DNA from: an uncultured Actinomycetota bacterium
GTDB taxonomy: Bacteria; Actinomycetota; Actinomycetes; Propionibacteriales; Nocardioidaceae
DNA length: 64,000 nucleotides
Reading direction: 5' to 3'
Assembly (NCBI GenBank): GCA_963708875.1
Contig: CAVPUL010000002.1
Span: forward strand, 406,598 to 470,597
This document shows positions 1 through 10,388 of the stretch, in pieces. The translations under genes were made by a program, and so were the position numbers. Under the pieces are notes generated by a model, which searched no databases, had not been told where the DNA came from, and saw only the letters and a program-made list of their open reading frames with translations. Each line of letters starts with the position of its first letter. Positions within the stretch are counted from its first letter, which is position 1.

Positions 1-323
1 GACTTCTTGATCCGGCCCAGCTCGGTCTCGGTGTCGGCGAGCGTGTCGGCGTCGCCCTCGTCCTGGGCCATCTCGACCATCAGGCCGAGGTCCTCGATGC
101 GGGTCTCGAGACCGGTGAACCGGTCGAGCTCGCCCTGCAGCGCGGAGAGGCGGCCGGTGATGCGGGTGGCGCTGTCGACGTCGTCCCAGAGGTCGGGCGC
201 GGCGACCTGCTCGCCGAGGTCGGCGATCTCCCCACGCATCCGGTCGATGTTGAGCACCGACCCGATGGTCTTCATGGTCGCCTGGAGCTGCTTGATCTCT
301 GCGTCGTAGTCGAGGGCTGCCAC
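1..323 (-). CDS. prfB: Peptide chain release factor 2 (5' part; runs off the window edge)
   Basis: Manual translation from GTG at 323 gives MAALDYDAEIKQLQATMKTIGSVLNIDRMRGEIADLGEQVAAPDLWDD..., matching the actinobacterial RF2 N-terminus. Open frame with no internal frameshift. Confidence 0.9.
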   Translation of the reverse strand, partial: MAALDYDAEIKQLQATMKTIGSVLNIDRMRGEIADLGEQVAAPDLWDDVDSATRITGRLSALQGELDRFTGLETRIEDLGLMVEMAQDEGDADTLADTETELGRIKK

Positions 324-366
324 AAGAGCCAACACTACGGCTCTGCCGGGAAGAACGTCGAAAGCA

Positions 367-416
367 GCAGCGGCGAGCACTCCCGGGCCTGTGAGTCCGG
401 TCGTGCCCGCCGCTGC
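367..416. terminator. GC-rich hairpin, possible terminator of the upstream secreted-protein gene
   Basis: GCAGCGGCG (367-375) pairs with CGCCGCTGC (408-416), with inner GCAC/GTGC pairing. No U-tract. Confidence 0.4.
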
Positions 417-433
417 AGTACGGGTGCCGCGTG

Positions 434-1231
434 TCAGCGGGTGCAGAGCACCTCGGGCGTCGCGACGGCGGCGATGGCGGCGGTCGGAGCTCCCGTGGTG
501 GTGGCGTCGATCTTGAGACGGAAGACGTTGGTCAGGTCAAGCACCTCGTCGGCCACGATCGTGCCGACCGCGAGCGGGTGCGAGGCGAGGACACTGCCGT
601 CGGCAGAGACGGTGATCGCGCCGCTCGAACCGGTGACCGAGTCGTCAGTGAGGGCGTACGTCGCCCGCAGCTGGGTGCACTTGCGACCGAGGGTGTACTC
701 GATCGAGGCGGGCGTGCCTGCAGCGGTGGTCGCGATGCTCTGGCCGAAGTACTCCGTGCCGACAGTGACGCCGACAGGCACGTTGAAGTTGGTGGAGACA
801 GGCTGGCGGTAGCCGAGCTTCTCCCAGCTGTAGACCTCGACGGCGAGCGGGGTGCTGGTGCCCTTGGCGAAGCCGTTGGACGCCTGCTTGACGACGCGGT
901 ACTCACGCTTGCCAGGCGTCGAGGGGACGTCCTTGAGCACGTAGGACCCGTTGGCCTTGATCTTGCTGGTGCCGGTGGCCTTCCACGTCTTCTTGTTGCC
1001 GACGCGCTGCTGCAGGGTGACCTTCTGGCCAGCCGCCTTCGGCGTGACCTTGCCCTTCACCTTGAGGGTCGTCTCCTTGCCGATGGCGACCGTCTTGTTG
1101 ACCTTGGCGGTGACCGTGTATGCCGTCGCCTGCTTGAGCGAGGTGACAGGCGCGGCCTGCGTCGGCGCGGCGAGCGCGAGCGAGCCGGCAGCGAGTGCCG
1201 CGGTGGCGGCCAGTGCGGTGATGCGGTTCAT
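434..1231 (-). CDS. Secreted protein with a beta-sandwich region and a C-terminal NPCBM/NEW2-like carbohydrate-binding domain
   Basis: Signal peptide MNRITALAATAALAAGSLALAAPTQA. C-terminal segment (YTLGRKCTQLRATYALTD...DLTNVFRLKID) resembles NPCBM. Confidence 0.6.
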   Translation of the reverse strand: MNRITALAATAALAAGSLALAAPTQAAPVTSLKQATAYTVTAKVNKTVAIGKETTLKVKGKVTPKAAGQKVTLQQRVGNKKTWKATGTSKIKANGSYVLKDVPSTPGKREYRVVKQASNGFAKGTSTPLAVEVYSWEKLGYRQPVSTNFNVPVGVTVGTEYFGQSIATTAAGTPASIEYTLGRKCTQLRATYALTDDSVTGSSGAITVSADGSVLASHPLAVGTIVADEVLDLTNVFRLKIDATTTGAPTAAIAAVATPEVLCTR

Positions 1232-1290
1232 GGGGTTCCCCGTCGTCATGGGGCCCTGCGGGGCCCGTTCGGTCAGGGAGACTCGGCGAC

Positions 1291-3051
1291 TCAGGGAAAA
1301 GTTGCGACCGGTCCGAGAAGGGCTCCGGCGTGCCGCGGCACCGCTGCCTGTCCGCCCTGCACGGAGGGGCCGGCGGGCGTCGCGAAGAGCACCTCCCGCT
1401 CCCCCACGTCGATGGTGACGTCTTCCTCACCCGTGTTGACCACGATGAGCAGGTCGCCGCGACGCATGGTGAAGAGCCTGCCCTCGACGGTGCACGAGAC
1501 CGACCCGAACGACGGGTCGGTCAGCTGCGGCAGCTCGCGGCGCAGTCGCCCGAGCCGGCGGTAGCAGTCGAGCAGCACCGCGTGGCGCCCGGACGTCAGC
1601 TCGTCCCAGTCGAGCTTCGAGCGCGTGAACGACCCGGGGTCCTGCGGGTCCGGCACCTCGGCGGGGTCCCAGCCCATCTTCTCGAACTCCGCGATCCGGC
1701 CCTCGGCCGTCGCCTTCCCGAGCTCCGGCTCCGGGTGCGAGGTGAAGAACTGGAACGGCGAGGAGGCCGCCCACTCCTCGCCCATGAACAGCATCGGCGT
1801 GAACGGGCCGGCCAGCGTCAGCAGGGCGGCGCAGGCGAGCTGGTCGTCGTCGAGGTGCTCGGCGAGCCGGTCGCCGCGCGCGCGGTTGCCGATCTGGTCG
1901 TGGTTCTGGTTGGTCACCACGAGCCGCCAGGTCGGCGTCCTGTCCGTGTCGACGGGCTGGCCGTGGTCGCGCTCGCGGAACGACGAGTAGGTGCCGTCGT
2001 GGAAGAAGCCGCGCTCGCACACCTTGGCCAGCGCCTCGAGCGGCTCGAAGTCCGCGTAGTAGCCGGCGGTCTCCCCGCTGAGCGCGACGTGGACGGCGTG
2101 GTGGAAGTCGTCGCTCCACTGCGCGTCGAGGCCGTGGCCACCGGCCTCGCGCGGGCGTACGAGCAGCGTGTCGTTGAGGTCGGACTCCGCGATCAGGGTC
2201 AGCGGGCGGCGTACGTGCGCGGACCAGGCCGCGGTCTCGATCGCCATCTCCTCCAGCAGGTGCACCGCCGAGGTGTCGCTGAGCGCGTGGACCGCGTCGA
2301 GCCGCAGGGCGTCGACGTGGAAGTCCTCGAACCACATCCGCACGTTGTCGAGGATGTAGCGGCGCACCTCGGCCGACTCCTCGCCGTCGAGGTTGATGAG
2401 GTCGCCCCAGGTGTTGCGCCCCGGCTTGAGGTACGGGCCGAACAGCGGCAGGTAGTTGCCCGACGGGCCGAGGTGGTTGTGGACCACGTCCTGCACGACG
2501 CCGAGACCCTTGGCGTGGCAGGCGTCGACGAACCGCCTGTAGGCATCGGGGCCGCCGTAGCCCTCGTGCACGGCGAACCAGCCGACGCCGTCGTAGCCCC
2601 AGTTGTGCGTGCCGTTGAACGCGTTGACCGGCATCACCTCGACGAGGTCGACCCCGAGGTCGAGCAGGTGGTCGAGCTTGTCGATCGCCGAGTCCAGCGT
2701 GCCCTCCGGCGTGAAGGTGCCGACGTGCAGCTCGTAGATCACCGAGCCGGCGAGCTGGCGGCCGGTCCAGGCCGCGTCCTGCCACTCGTACGCCAAGGGG
2801 TCGCGCCGGGACAGGCCGTGCACGCCGTCGGGCTGGTGGCGCGACCGCGGGTCCGGTCGCGGGTCGTGGTCGTCGTCGAGCAGGTAGCCGTAGTCGACGG
2901 CGGCATCCGATGCCTGCACCGGCTCCGTGGGCGTCCACCACCCGTCGGCGGTGCGGGACATCTCGACGCTCTCGCCCGCCAGGCTGAGCCGCACCCGCTT
3001 CGGCCGCGGCGCCCAGACGTCGTACGGTCCCCGAGAGATCGACGCAGTCAT
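1291..3051 (-). CDS. treZ: Malto-oligosyltrehalose trehalohydrolase (GH13)
   Basis: [33 protein letters not shown] and NHDQIGNR motifs; adjacent to treY. Confidence 0.95.
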   Translation of the reverse strand: MTASISRGPYDVWAPRPKRVRLSLAGESVEMSRTADGWWTPTEPVQASDAAVDYGYLLDDDHDPRPDPRSRHQPDGVHGLSRRDPLAYEWQDAAWTGRQLAGSVIYELHVGTFTPEGTLDSAIDKLDHLLDLGVDLVEVMPVNAFNGTHNWGYDGVGWFAVHEGYGGPDAYRRFVDACHAKGLGVVQDVVHNHLGPSGNYLPLFGPYLKPGRNTWGDLINLDGEESAEVRRYILDNVRMWFEDFHVDALRLDAVHALSDTSAVHLLEEMAIETAAWSAHVRRPLTLIAESDLNDTLLVRPREAGGHGLDAQWSDDFHHAVHVALSGETAGYYADFEPLEALAKVCERGFFHDGTYSSFRERDHGQPVDTDRTPTWRLVVTNQNHDQIGNRARGDRLAEHLDDDQLACAALLTLAGPFTPMLFMGEEWAASSPFQFFTSHPEPELGKATAEGRIAEFEKMGWDPAEVPDPQDPGSFTRSKLDWDELTSGRHAVLLDCYRRLGRLRRELPQLTDPSFGSVSCTVEGRLFTMRRGDLLIVVNTGEEDVTIDVGEREVLFATPAGPSVQGGQAAVPRHAGALLGPVATFP

Positions 3052-3052
3052 G

Positions 3053-5332
3053 TCAGTCCTTCCTCACCAGCAGCGCGACGGGGTGCGTCGCGAGCAGGTC
3101 GACGAGCCGGCCGTCGGTGTCGAGCCCGGTGAGCACGTCGTGCCACCGGCCCTCGGGCAGGTCGAGCGTCGTGTCGCCCCAGCCCGTCGCGGCGACGCCG
3201 ACGGGGAGCCGGGTCACGACAGTGATCGCGCCACCGCGGTCGTACGCCACCACGTGACCGGCAGCCTCGCCGGAGGCGGAGACGGGCGTGTAGGACGTGA
3301 AGAGCTCGGGCCGGTCGCGGCGCAGGGTCAGCGCCGAGCAGGTGACGTGCAGCTTGGCCGCTGCGTCGTCCTCGGCGGTGCCGGCGAGGACGGCTGCGCG
3401 GTGGTCGAAGTCGACCGGCCGACGGTTGTCGGGGTCGACGAGCGAGGTCTCGTAGAGCTCGCTGCCCTGGTAGACGTCGGGCACGCCGGGGATGGTGATC
3501 GCGAGCAGCTTCGCCGCGAGCGAGTTGGCCTGCGCCGGCTCGTCGATCCGGGCGGCGAGACCGAGCAGCACGGCGCGCACGTCCTCGGAGTCGAAGACCG
3601 CGTCGACCGCGGCGTGCACCTCGGACTCGTACGCCTCGTCGGGCTCGGTCCACGTCGTGCGGTCGCCGGCCTCGCGCATCGCCTTCTCGGCATAGCCGTG
3701 CAGCCGCTCGCGGAGGTCGGGCAGGTGGTCGGGCGTCCACGCGCCGAGCACGGCCTGCCACAGCAGCGACCCGAACGCCGGGTCGGGCACGGGCGCGAGC
3801 CGCAGCAGCTCGTCGAGCGCGTGCTCCCACTCCACGGGCTGCTCGGCGAGAACGGTGATCCGGGCGCGGACGTCCTCGCCGCGCTTGGTGTCGTGGGTGG
3901 AGAGCGTGACCATCGCGTCCGGCCAGTCGCGCTGGCGCGCGGTCATCGCATCGTGGAACTCGTCGACGCCGATCGCGAAGATCGACGGATCGCCGCCGAC
4001 CTCGTTGAGCGAGGTGAGCCGCGACCAGCGGTAGAACGAGCAGTCCTCGACGCCCTTGGCCATCACCATGCCGGACGTCTGCTGCAGGCGCCGGGCCGGC
4101 TGGCCCCACTCGTCGTGGAGCACCGGCTCGAGGACGTCGTACGTCGTCGCGAGGTCGGGGCGTGACGTGCGGGCGGCGGCGAAGGCCTGGTCGAGGTGCT
4201 CGCGGCCCTCGGGGAGGTAGGACCGGTAGACCGGGAAGCAGGCGATGATCTCGCCGATGGCGTCGGCCGCCGCACCCTCGTCGACGCCCTCGACCACGCG
4301 CGCGACCTCGCGGGCGATGCGCAGGACCTCGGAGTGCAGGATGCCGTCGGCGACGGCGCGCTTGTTGTCGTGCACCATCCGGTGCCAGTCGACGGGCCCG
4401 CCGCGCAACCTGTCCTCGAGCGCCGACAGCGGCGCCTCGCCGGCCGGGTCGGTGAGGACGCGGTCGATGAGGGCGAGCGCGTCGTAGCCGGTGGTGCCGG
4501 AGGTCGCCCAGCTCTCCAGCAGCTCCTCCCCCGGCTCGAGGATCTTCTCGACCAGGACGTAGGCACCGCCGGTGAGCGCGGCGAGGTCGTCGAGGTAGCG
4601 CTTGGGGTCGCGGAGGCCGTCCGGGTGGTCGACGCGCAGCCCGTCGACCAGGCCCTCGTCGAACCACCGCTTGATCTCGACGTGCGTGTCCGCGAAGACC
4701 TCGGGGTCCTCGACGCGCACGGCGGCGAGCGTGTTGACGGCGAAGAACCGGCGGTAGTTCAGCCCGTCGTCGGCCGTGCGCCAGTTGACCAGCTCGTAGT
4801 GCTGCTCCTCGAGCGTGCTCGTGCCGGGAGCCAGCGGGAAGCGCTGGTCGTGGTAGCGGACCTCGCCCTCTTCGATTCGAACGGCGTCCTCGTCGTCGTC
4901 ACCGATGACGGGGATGACGATCCGGCCGTCGCCCGCGGCCCAGTCGACGTCGAAGGCGTTGGCGTGCTCGGACTCGCGGCCCAGCTTGAGCACGTCCCAC
5001 CACCACGGGTCCTCCGACGGCGTTGCGACACCGACGTGGTTGGGCACGATGTCGACCAGCACGCCCATGCCGAGCCGCTTCGCCTCGGCCGAGACCGCGT
5101 CCAGGCCCTCTGCTCCGCCGCGCTCCTCGTCGATGTGGTCGAACGCGACCACGTCGTAGCCGTGCGTGCTCCCGGGCTCGGAGGCCAGGAGCGGCGAGAG
5201 GTAGACCCAGTCCACGCCGAGGTCGTGGAGGTAGGGCAGCACCCGCGCTGCGTCGTGCAGCGTGAAGTCCTGGCTGACCTGCAGCCGGTAGGTGCTCTGC
5301 GGCGTGCGGGGTCCGGCGGCTCGGTGCTTCAC
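3053..5332 (-). CDS. treY: Malto-oligosyltrehalose synthase
   Basis: [44 protein letters not shown] and [13 protein letters not shown] motifs. Confidence 0.95.
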   Translation of the reverse strand: MKHRAAGPRTPQSTYRLQVSQDFTLHDAARVLPYLHDLGVDWVYLSPLLASEPGSTHGYDVVAFDHIDEERGGAEGLDAVSAEAKRLGMGVLVDIVPNHVGVATPSEDPWWWDVLKLGRESEHANAFDVDWAAGDGRIVIPVIGDDDEDAVRIEEGEVRYHDQRFPLAPGTSTLEEQHYELVNWRTADDGLNYRRFFAVNTLAAVRVEDPEVFADTHVEIKRWFDEGLVDGLRVDHPDGLRDPKRYLDDLAALTGGAYVLVEKILEPGEELLESWATSGTTGYDALALIDRVLTDPAGEAPLSALEDRLRGGPVDWHRMVHDNKRAVADGILHSEVLRIAREVARVVEGVDEGAAADAIGEIIACFPVYRSYLPEGREHLDQAFAAARTSRPDLATTYDVLEPVLHDEWGQPARRLQQTSGMVMAKGVEDCSFYRWSRLTSLNEVGGDPSIFAIGVDEFHDAMTARQRDWPDAMVTLSTHDTKRGEDVRARITVLAEQPVEWEHALDELLRLAPVPDPAFGSLLWQAVLGAWTPDHLPDLRERLHGYAEKAMREAGDRTTWTEPDEAYESEVHAAVDAVFDSEDVRAVLLGLAARIDEPAQANSLAAKLLAITIPGVPDVYQGSELYETSLVDPDNRRPVDFDHRAAVLAGTAEDDAAAKLHVTCSALTLRRDRPELFTSYTPVSASGEAAGHVVAYDRGGAITVVTRLPVGVAATGWGDTTLDLPEGRWHDVLTGLDTDGRLVDLLATHPVALLVRKD

Positions 5333-7509
5333 GTGAGGTCCGTACCCGACCGGGCAGCGAGTGATGCCGCGACCGAGTGGTCGGGGCTGGTCTCCGGCTC
5401 GGAGTGCTCGCGGAGCACGACGAGGCTGTGCGTCGACAGGTCGAACGTCGCACCGGCGTCGTACGTCGGGTCGGCGTCCGCGTCGCCGCCGGTGTCGATG
5501 ACGACGTCCCAGGCGGCGGCGTACTCCTCGGTCGGCAGCGTCACCTGCGTGTCGCCGTCGGCGTTGAAGTAGAGCAGGAAGTGGTCGTCGGTGATGGTGC
5601 CGCCGCGGGCGTCCTTGCCGGCGATGCCGTCGCCGTTGAGGTACATCCCGATGGCCTTGCCGCCCTCCCAGTCACCGTCCTCCATCGGCTCGCCGTCGAG
5701 GTCGAGCCAGACGATGTCGTTGAGGCGCTCGCCGTCGCCCGTGCGCACGGTGCTGCCGGTGAAGAAGCGCTTGCGGTGGAAGGTCGGGTGGTCCGCGCGC
5801 AGCTTGGCGACGGCCGAGGTGAACTCGATGAGCGGATTGTCGGCGCGGCTCCAGTCCACCCAGCTGATCTCGCTGTCCTGGGCGTAGGTGTTGTTGTTGC
5901 CGTCCTGCGTGCGGCTGAGCTCGTCGCCGTGCAGCAGCATCGGTACGCCCTGGCTGAGCAGCAGGGTCGCGATGAAGTTGCGCTGCTCACGGGCGCGCGC
6001 CCCGAGGATCTCGGCGTCCTCGGTCGGGCCCTCGACGCCGTGGTTCCACGACCGGTTGTGGCTCTCGCCGTCGTTGTTGTCCTCGCCGTTGGCGTCGTTG
6101 TGCTTCTCGTTGTAGGACACGAGGTCGCGCAGCGTGAAGCCGTCGTGCGCGGTGACGAAGTTGATGCTGGCGAACGGGCGCCGGCCCGAGTGCTCGTACA
6201 GGTCCGAGGAGCCGGACAGCCGCGACGCGAAGTCGCCGAGCGACGGCTCGCCGCGCCAGAAGTCGCGCACGGTGTCGCGGTAGTCGCCGTTCCACTCGGT
6301 CCACTGCGGCGGGAAGCCGCCGACCTGGTAGCCGCCGGGGCCGATGTCCCACGGCTCGGCGATCAGCTTCACCTGGCTGACGACCGGGTCCTGCTGCACC
6401 ATCTCGAAGAAGGTGGAGAGCTTGTCGACGTCGTAGAACTCGCGGGCGAGCGTCGCGGCGAGGTCGAAGCGGAAGCCGTCGACGTGCATCTCGGTCACCC
6501 AGTAGCGCAGCGAGTCCATGATCAGCTGCACCGAGTGCGGGTGGCGCACGTTGAGGGTGTTGCCGGTGCCGGTGTAGTCCATGTAGTAGCGCTGGTCGTC
6601 CTCGACGAGGCGGTAGTAGGCCGCGTTGTCGATGCCCTTGAAGCTCAACGTCGGCCCGAGGTGGTTGCCCTCGGCGGTGTGGTTGTAGACGACGTCGAGG
6701 ATGACCTCGATGCCGGCGACGTGCATCGCCTTCACCATCGCCTTGAACTCCTGCACCTGCTGGCCGAGGCCGGTGGCGGAGTAGTCGGCGTGCGGCGCGA
6801 AGAAGCCGAGGGTGTTGTAGCCCCAGTAGTTGCGCAGGCCCTGGTCGAGCAGCGTGGAGTCCTGGATGAACTGGTGCACCGGCATCAGCTCGATCGCGGT
6901 CACGCCGAGCTTCTGCAGGTGGGCCGTGATCGACGGGTGCGCCAGCCCGGCGTACGTCCCGCGCTGCTCCTCGGGCACGTCGGGGTGCAGCTGGGTGAGG
7001 CCCTTGACGTGCGCCTCGTAGATGAAGGACTCGTTGTAGGGGATGGAGAGGCGGCGGTCGCCCTCCCAGTCGAAGAACGGGTTGATCACGACGCCGTGCG
7101 TCATGTGCGCGGCGGAGTCGTCGTCGTTCTTGCTGTCCTCCTCACCGAAGTCGTAGGAGAACAGGGACTGGTCCCACTCGATCTCGCCGCTCGTGGCCTT
7201 GGCGTAGGGGTCGAGGAGCAGCTTGTTGGGGTTGCAGCGCAGGCCCTTCTCGGGGTCCCACGGACCGTGGACGCGGTAGCCGTAGCGCTGGCCCGGCTGG
7301 ACGGTCGGGATGTAGCAGTGCCAGACGTAGGCGTCGACCTCGGTGACCTCGAGCTTGGTCTCGATGTAGGCGCCGTCGTTCTTCGGGTCCGGCTCGAACA
7401 GGCAGAGCTCCACGCGCTCGGCGACCTCGCTGAAGATCGCGAAGTTCGTGCCGCTCCCGTCGAAGGTCGCGCCCAGGGGGTAGGCCGTGCCGGGCCAGGT
7501 TTCCGTCAT
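5329..7509 (-). CDS. glgX: Glycogen debranching enzyme GlgX/TreX
   Basis: YPLGATFDG, KLLLDPYAKA, NYWGYNT, DVVYNHTAEG and DGFRFDLA motifs. Confidence 0.95.
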   Translation of the reverse strand: MTETWPGTAYPLGATFDGSGTNFAIFSEVAERVELCLFEPDPKNDGAYIETKLEVTEVDAYVWHCYIPTVQPGQRYGYRVHGPWDPEKGLRCNPNKLLLDPYAKATSGEIEWDQSLFSYDFGEEDSKNDDDSAAHMTHGVVINPFFDWEGDRRLSIPYNESFIYEAHVKGLTQLHPDVPEEQRGTYAGLAHPSITAHLQKLGVTAIELMPVHQFIQDSTLLDQGLRNYWGYNTLGFFAPHADYSATGLGQQVQEFKAMVKAMHVAGIEVILDVVYNHTAEGNHLGPTLSFKGIDNAAYYRLVEDDQRYYMDYTGTGNTLNVRHPHSVQLIMDSLRYWVTEMHVDGFRFDLAATLAREFYDVDKLSTFFEMVQQDPVVSQVKLIAEPWDIGPGGYQVGGFPPQWTEWNGDYRDTVRDFWRGEPSLGDFASRLSGSSDLYEHSGRRPFASINFVTAHDGFTLRDLVSYNEKHNDANGEDNNDGESHNRSWNHGVEGPTEDAEILGARAREQRNFIATLLLSQGVPMLLHGDELSRTQDGNNNTYAQDSEISWVDWSRADNPLIEFTSAVAKLRADHPTFHRKRFFTGSTVRTGDGERLNDIVWLDLDGEPMEDGDWEGGKAIGMYLNGDGIAGKDARGGTITDDHFLLYFNADGDTQVTLPTEEYAAAWDVVIDTGGDADADPTYDAGATFDLSTHSLVVLREHSEPETSPDHSVAASLAARSGTDLT

Positions 7510-7628
7510 GCCTCGACGCTACCGGCGTCCCCGGGGGTGATGACGATTCGTCCACCCCGTCAGGTGGACCCGGTGAGGTCGGTCACGCGCAGTCGTGACC
7601 GGCCGCGAGCGACGTCCCGTGGGGCGGC

Positions 7629-7811
7629 TCAGGCGGCGACGGCCCCGCGGGTGCGGTCGCGGACGACGCGGCCCGTGGTCTGGGTCTGCTCGGTCCCGCA
7701 CCAGCACGTGAACGACACCACGATGCCGTCGGCGGTGTTGGCCACGGACGTGACCTGGCTCTCGAAGATGAGCACTCGGCAGGCACACACCTGGCAGTTG
7801 TTGTCGAACAT
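7629..7811 (-). CDS. Small Cys-rich hypothetical protein (60 aa), possible Zn-ribbon
   Basis: CQVC...CWC motifs; SD-like GAGGAGG upstream; divergent from LysR. Confidence 0.7.
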   Translation of the reverse strand: MFDNNCQVCACRVLIFESQVTSVANTADGIVVSFTCWCGTEQTQTTGRVVRDRTRGAVAA

Positions 7812-7860
7812 CGTGACCTCCTCAGATCAGTTGCGTAGGACGATCGTCTCGCTTCCCAAT

Positions 7861-7890
7861 CCCTAGGGGTAGCCTCAGTTACCTGAGGCT
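7861..7890. promoter_or_regulatory. Palindromes in the divergent LysR promoter
   Basis: CCCTAGGG (7861-7868) and AGCCTCAG-ttac-CTGAGGCT (7871-7890). Confidence 0.45.
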
Positions 7891-7906
7891 TCCCAAGGAG
7901 ATTCCT

Positions 7907-8824
7907 ATGCTTTCGTTGCACCAGCTCCGCTGCTTCCTTGCGACCTACGAGCACGGTTCGCTGACTGCTGCGGCCGAGGAGCTCGGCTATGCCCAGCCCT
8001 CGGTGTCCGAGCAGGTCCGCGCCCTCGAGAAGACGCTCGGCGTGCCCCTGTTCCGTCGTGTCGGGCGGGGCGTCGTACCGACCACGCTGGCCGACACCCT
8101 CCGGCCGTACGCCGAGCAGGCGATCGCCGCCGCGGAGGAGGCGCGGCGGGCGGTGCAGAGCGCGGCGTCCCTGGAGAGCGGGACGATCCGGTTCGGGATG
8201 TTCGGCGCCGCCCGGCTCTACGCCGGCGCCCAGATCGTCGCCGACGTGCTCGAGCGCTACCCAGGCGTGCGCGTCGAGCTGATCGGCCAGCACTCCAACG
8301 AGGTGCAGGACCAGCTCCGACGTGGCCACCTCGAGGCGGCCATGATCGCCGCCACGAGCGTCGAGAGCGAAGGCATGACCGTCACCCCCGTCGCCCGCGA
8401 CGAGCTGGTCTTCATCTCGGCCGACCCCGAGCGGCTCACGTCACCCATGACGCCGGCCCGGCTGGCGAAGGCGGCGCTGATCATGCCGGAGACGACGTGG
8501 CGCTCGAGCGACTCCGTCCGCATCATCCTGCGACGCTTCCTCCACGAGGCGGGCCACAACCCGCAGACCCGGATCGAGGTCGAGGAGGTCGAGACGGCGG
8601 TCGACCTGGTCGGCCGCGGGCTCGGCGACGCGGTCATCCCCCGCGGTGCCGCCGAGCAGCTCATCCCCCGACTGGCGCCGAGCGTCGGCTGGGTCTCGCT
8701 GCGCCCGAAGCAGTACGACGTGATGGCCATCGTCCACCGCCGTGGCGCGGTCCTCTCCCCCGCGGCCCAGGTGATGATCGAGGTCGCGACCCGGCACATC
8801 CAGTCGATCGCGGAGCCTGTCTGA
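7907..8824 (+). CDS. LysR family transcriptional regulator
   Basis: N-terminal HTH (LHQLRCFLATYEHGSLTAAAEELGYAQPSVSEQVRALE) plus substrate-binding domain. Confidence 0.95.
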   Translation: MLSLHQLRCFLATYEHGSLTAAAEELGYAQPSVSEQVRALEKTLGVPLFRRVGRGVVPTTLADTLRPYAEQAIAAAEEARRAVQSAASLESGTIRFGMFGAARLYAGAQIVADVLERYPGVRVELIGQHSNEVQDQLRRGHLEAAMIAATSVESEGMTVTPVARDELVFISADPERLTSPMTPARLAKAALIMPETTWRSSDSVRIILRRFLHEAGHNPQTRIEVEEVETAVDLVGRGLGDAVIPRGAAEQLIPRLAPSVGWVSLRPKQYDVMAIVHRRGAVLSPAAQVMIEVATRHIQSIAEPV

Positions 8825-8835
8825 GGCCGTCGAGC

Positions 8836-9291
8836 TCACCGGACCACCAGGGTCACGGCTGCGGTGCTGCTGGCGCCCACCGTCGGGTTGGCCGGCGAAC
8901 CGGGGATCGTCAGCGGCAGGTCGAGCGGCGCCTCGAGACGGACGGTCACCGAGCGTCCGATCGGGTCGACGCGCACACCGACGTCGATGCCGGGGAACCT
9001 CGATCCGGCGTCGGCCCTCACGAGGTAGTCGCGGACCGCGGCCTCGACGGCGGCCTCCTGCTGGATCAGGCGCGCATCGCCGAGGCCCTGCTCGTAGATC
9101 GCGGCCGAGCCGAGGTCGGCACCGTAGAGCGCGGCCCCGTCGGCGAGGTTGTCGAGTCCCTCCCGCTGGAGGTACGCCGCGGACGCGTCGATGACGACCA
9201 CGATGGCCATCAGCAGGATGCCGGCGAACCCGATGATCAGCAGCGTCACCTGCCCCGACTCGTCGCGGTCACGCGGAGAGGCCCGCCTCAC
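8836..9291 (-). CDS. TadG-like pilus assembly protein
   Basis: ESG|QVTLLII hydrophobic N-terminus and LDNLADGAALYGA segment; last gene of the tad operon. Confidence 0.8.
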   Translation of the reverse strand: MRRASPRDRDESGQVTLLIIGFAGILLMAIVVVIDASAAYLQREGLDNLADGAALYGADLGSAAIYEQGLGDARLIQQEAAVEAAVRDYLVRADAGSRFPGIDVGVRVDPIGRSVTVRLEAPLDLPLTIPGSPANPTVGASSTAAVTLVVR

Positions 9292-9740
9292 CCGTCGCCC
9301 TCCGGTGCACTCTCGACGTACTGGCCGATCGGCACCGTGTGCGTGGCATCGAGCGAGAACGAGGCGGCGCCCTTGCCGAAGATGGCCGGGAAGAAGGGCA
9401 GGTCGACGCCCGAGTCGACGGTCACCGTGATCACCGCCGTGCCGACGTGGCAGTTGTCGCCCGGGGCCTCGCAGGTGACGCGCACGCGCGCCCGTTGGCC
9501 GGGGGTGCCCTGGTCGGCGAGGACCTGCTCGACGGCCGCGATCGCCCGCGCCTCACCGGTGGCGTCGTCCGGCGCGAGGGCGTACGCCCGGCCCGCGGCG
9601 CGCGCTGCGGCGCTGGTCGCGAAGGCGCCCTGCTGCACCTCGAAGACCGAGATGACCACCCAGATCAGCGGGACGATGAGGATGATCGCCAGCCAGCTGA
9701 ACTCGATGAGGGCCGAGCCCGTGTCGTCGCGCTCCCTCAT
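9288..9740 (-). CDS. TadE-like pseudopilin
   Basis: Start reassigned to ATG 9740 (MRERDDTG|SALIEF); AARAAGRA motif. Confidence 0.85.
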   Translation of the reverse strand: MRERDDTGSALIEFSWLAIILIVPLIWVVISVFEVQQGAFATSAAARAAGRAYALAPDDATGEARAIAAVEQVLADQGTPGQRARVRVTCEAPGDNCHVGTAVITVTVDSGVDLPFFPAIFGKGAASFSLDATHTVPIGQYVESAPEGDG

Positions 9741-10138
9741 CGGGCCACCACGGCCTGCTCGGCAACGGCGTGGCCCGAGACGCGTACGTGGATCCCGGTC
9801 CCGCCGAGGCCCAGGACGGTGACCTCGGCCTCCACCACGGCTTCGTAGCCAGGGGCGCCGCCGACCGTCGCGGGGCGCACGCTGACCGAGCGTACGAAGT
9901 CCTCGGACAGCGCGCCGTCGATGAGGTCCTGCACCTTGGCCTGCCCAGCCGGCGCCGACGAGCCGGCAACCGCGGCGTAGCGGGCGCCCTCGGACGCCGC
10001 CGACGCGAGCGTGTTGCGCACGTGCAGGACGAGGGCCAGCTGCAGGATGCCGAGCACCAACGGCAGCAGGACCAGCAGCACGAGCACGAAGTCGACGACT
10101 GCAGCCCCACGCTCGTCGGCGCGAGCGCGACGGGTCAT
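9737..10138 (-). CDS. tadE: TadE-like pseudopilin
   Basis: ERG|AAVVDFVLV and AASEGARYAA motifs. Confidence 0.88.
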   Translation of the reverse strand: MTRRARADERGAAVVDFVLVLLVLLPLVLGILQLALVLHVRNTLASAASEGARYAAVAGSSAPAGQAKVQDLIDGALSEDFVRSVSVRPATVGGAPGYEAVVEAEVTVLGLGGTGIHVRVSGHAVAEQAVVAR

Positions 10139-10147
10139 GGAGTGGCC

Positions 10148-10348
10148 TCAGCCGCTCACCATCGAGAACGCCTGCTCGAGCAGGTTGCGCAGCTCGTCGC
10201 CGACGAACGGCGTGAGCGCTGCGACGACGATGGCGGTCATCAGGGTCACCATCACCCACCCCGGCACGTCACCCCGGTCGTCGCGCTCGCGATCGGGCGC
10301 AGGAGTGCGGGCGAGGACGTCGAGCAGTCCCGAGATCGACTGGTGCAT
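10148..10348 (-). CDS. Flp-type pilin (actinobacterial type)
   Basis: 66 aa; DDRG|DVPGWVMVTLMT followed by a hydrophobic helix; SD AAGGA upstream; located between tadC and tadE. Confidence 0.8.
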   Translation of the reverse strand: MHQSISGLLDVLARTPAPDRERDDRGDVPGWVMVTLMTAIVVAALTPFVGDELRNLLEQAFSMVSG

Positions 10349-10388
10349 GGAGCGGTCCTTTCGTTGGTGGAGCAGGGTTCGACGTGGG

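Noticed and set aside
1-323. Programmed +1 frameshift in prfB
   Set aside because: The frame is open from GTG 323 and has no CTT-TGA site, as expected for Actinobacteria.
5377-7866. 829-aa plus-strand ORF
   Set aside because: Antisense shadow of glgX. High GC3 suppresses stops on the opposite strand, and the translation is low-complexity with no motifs.
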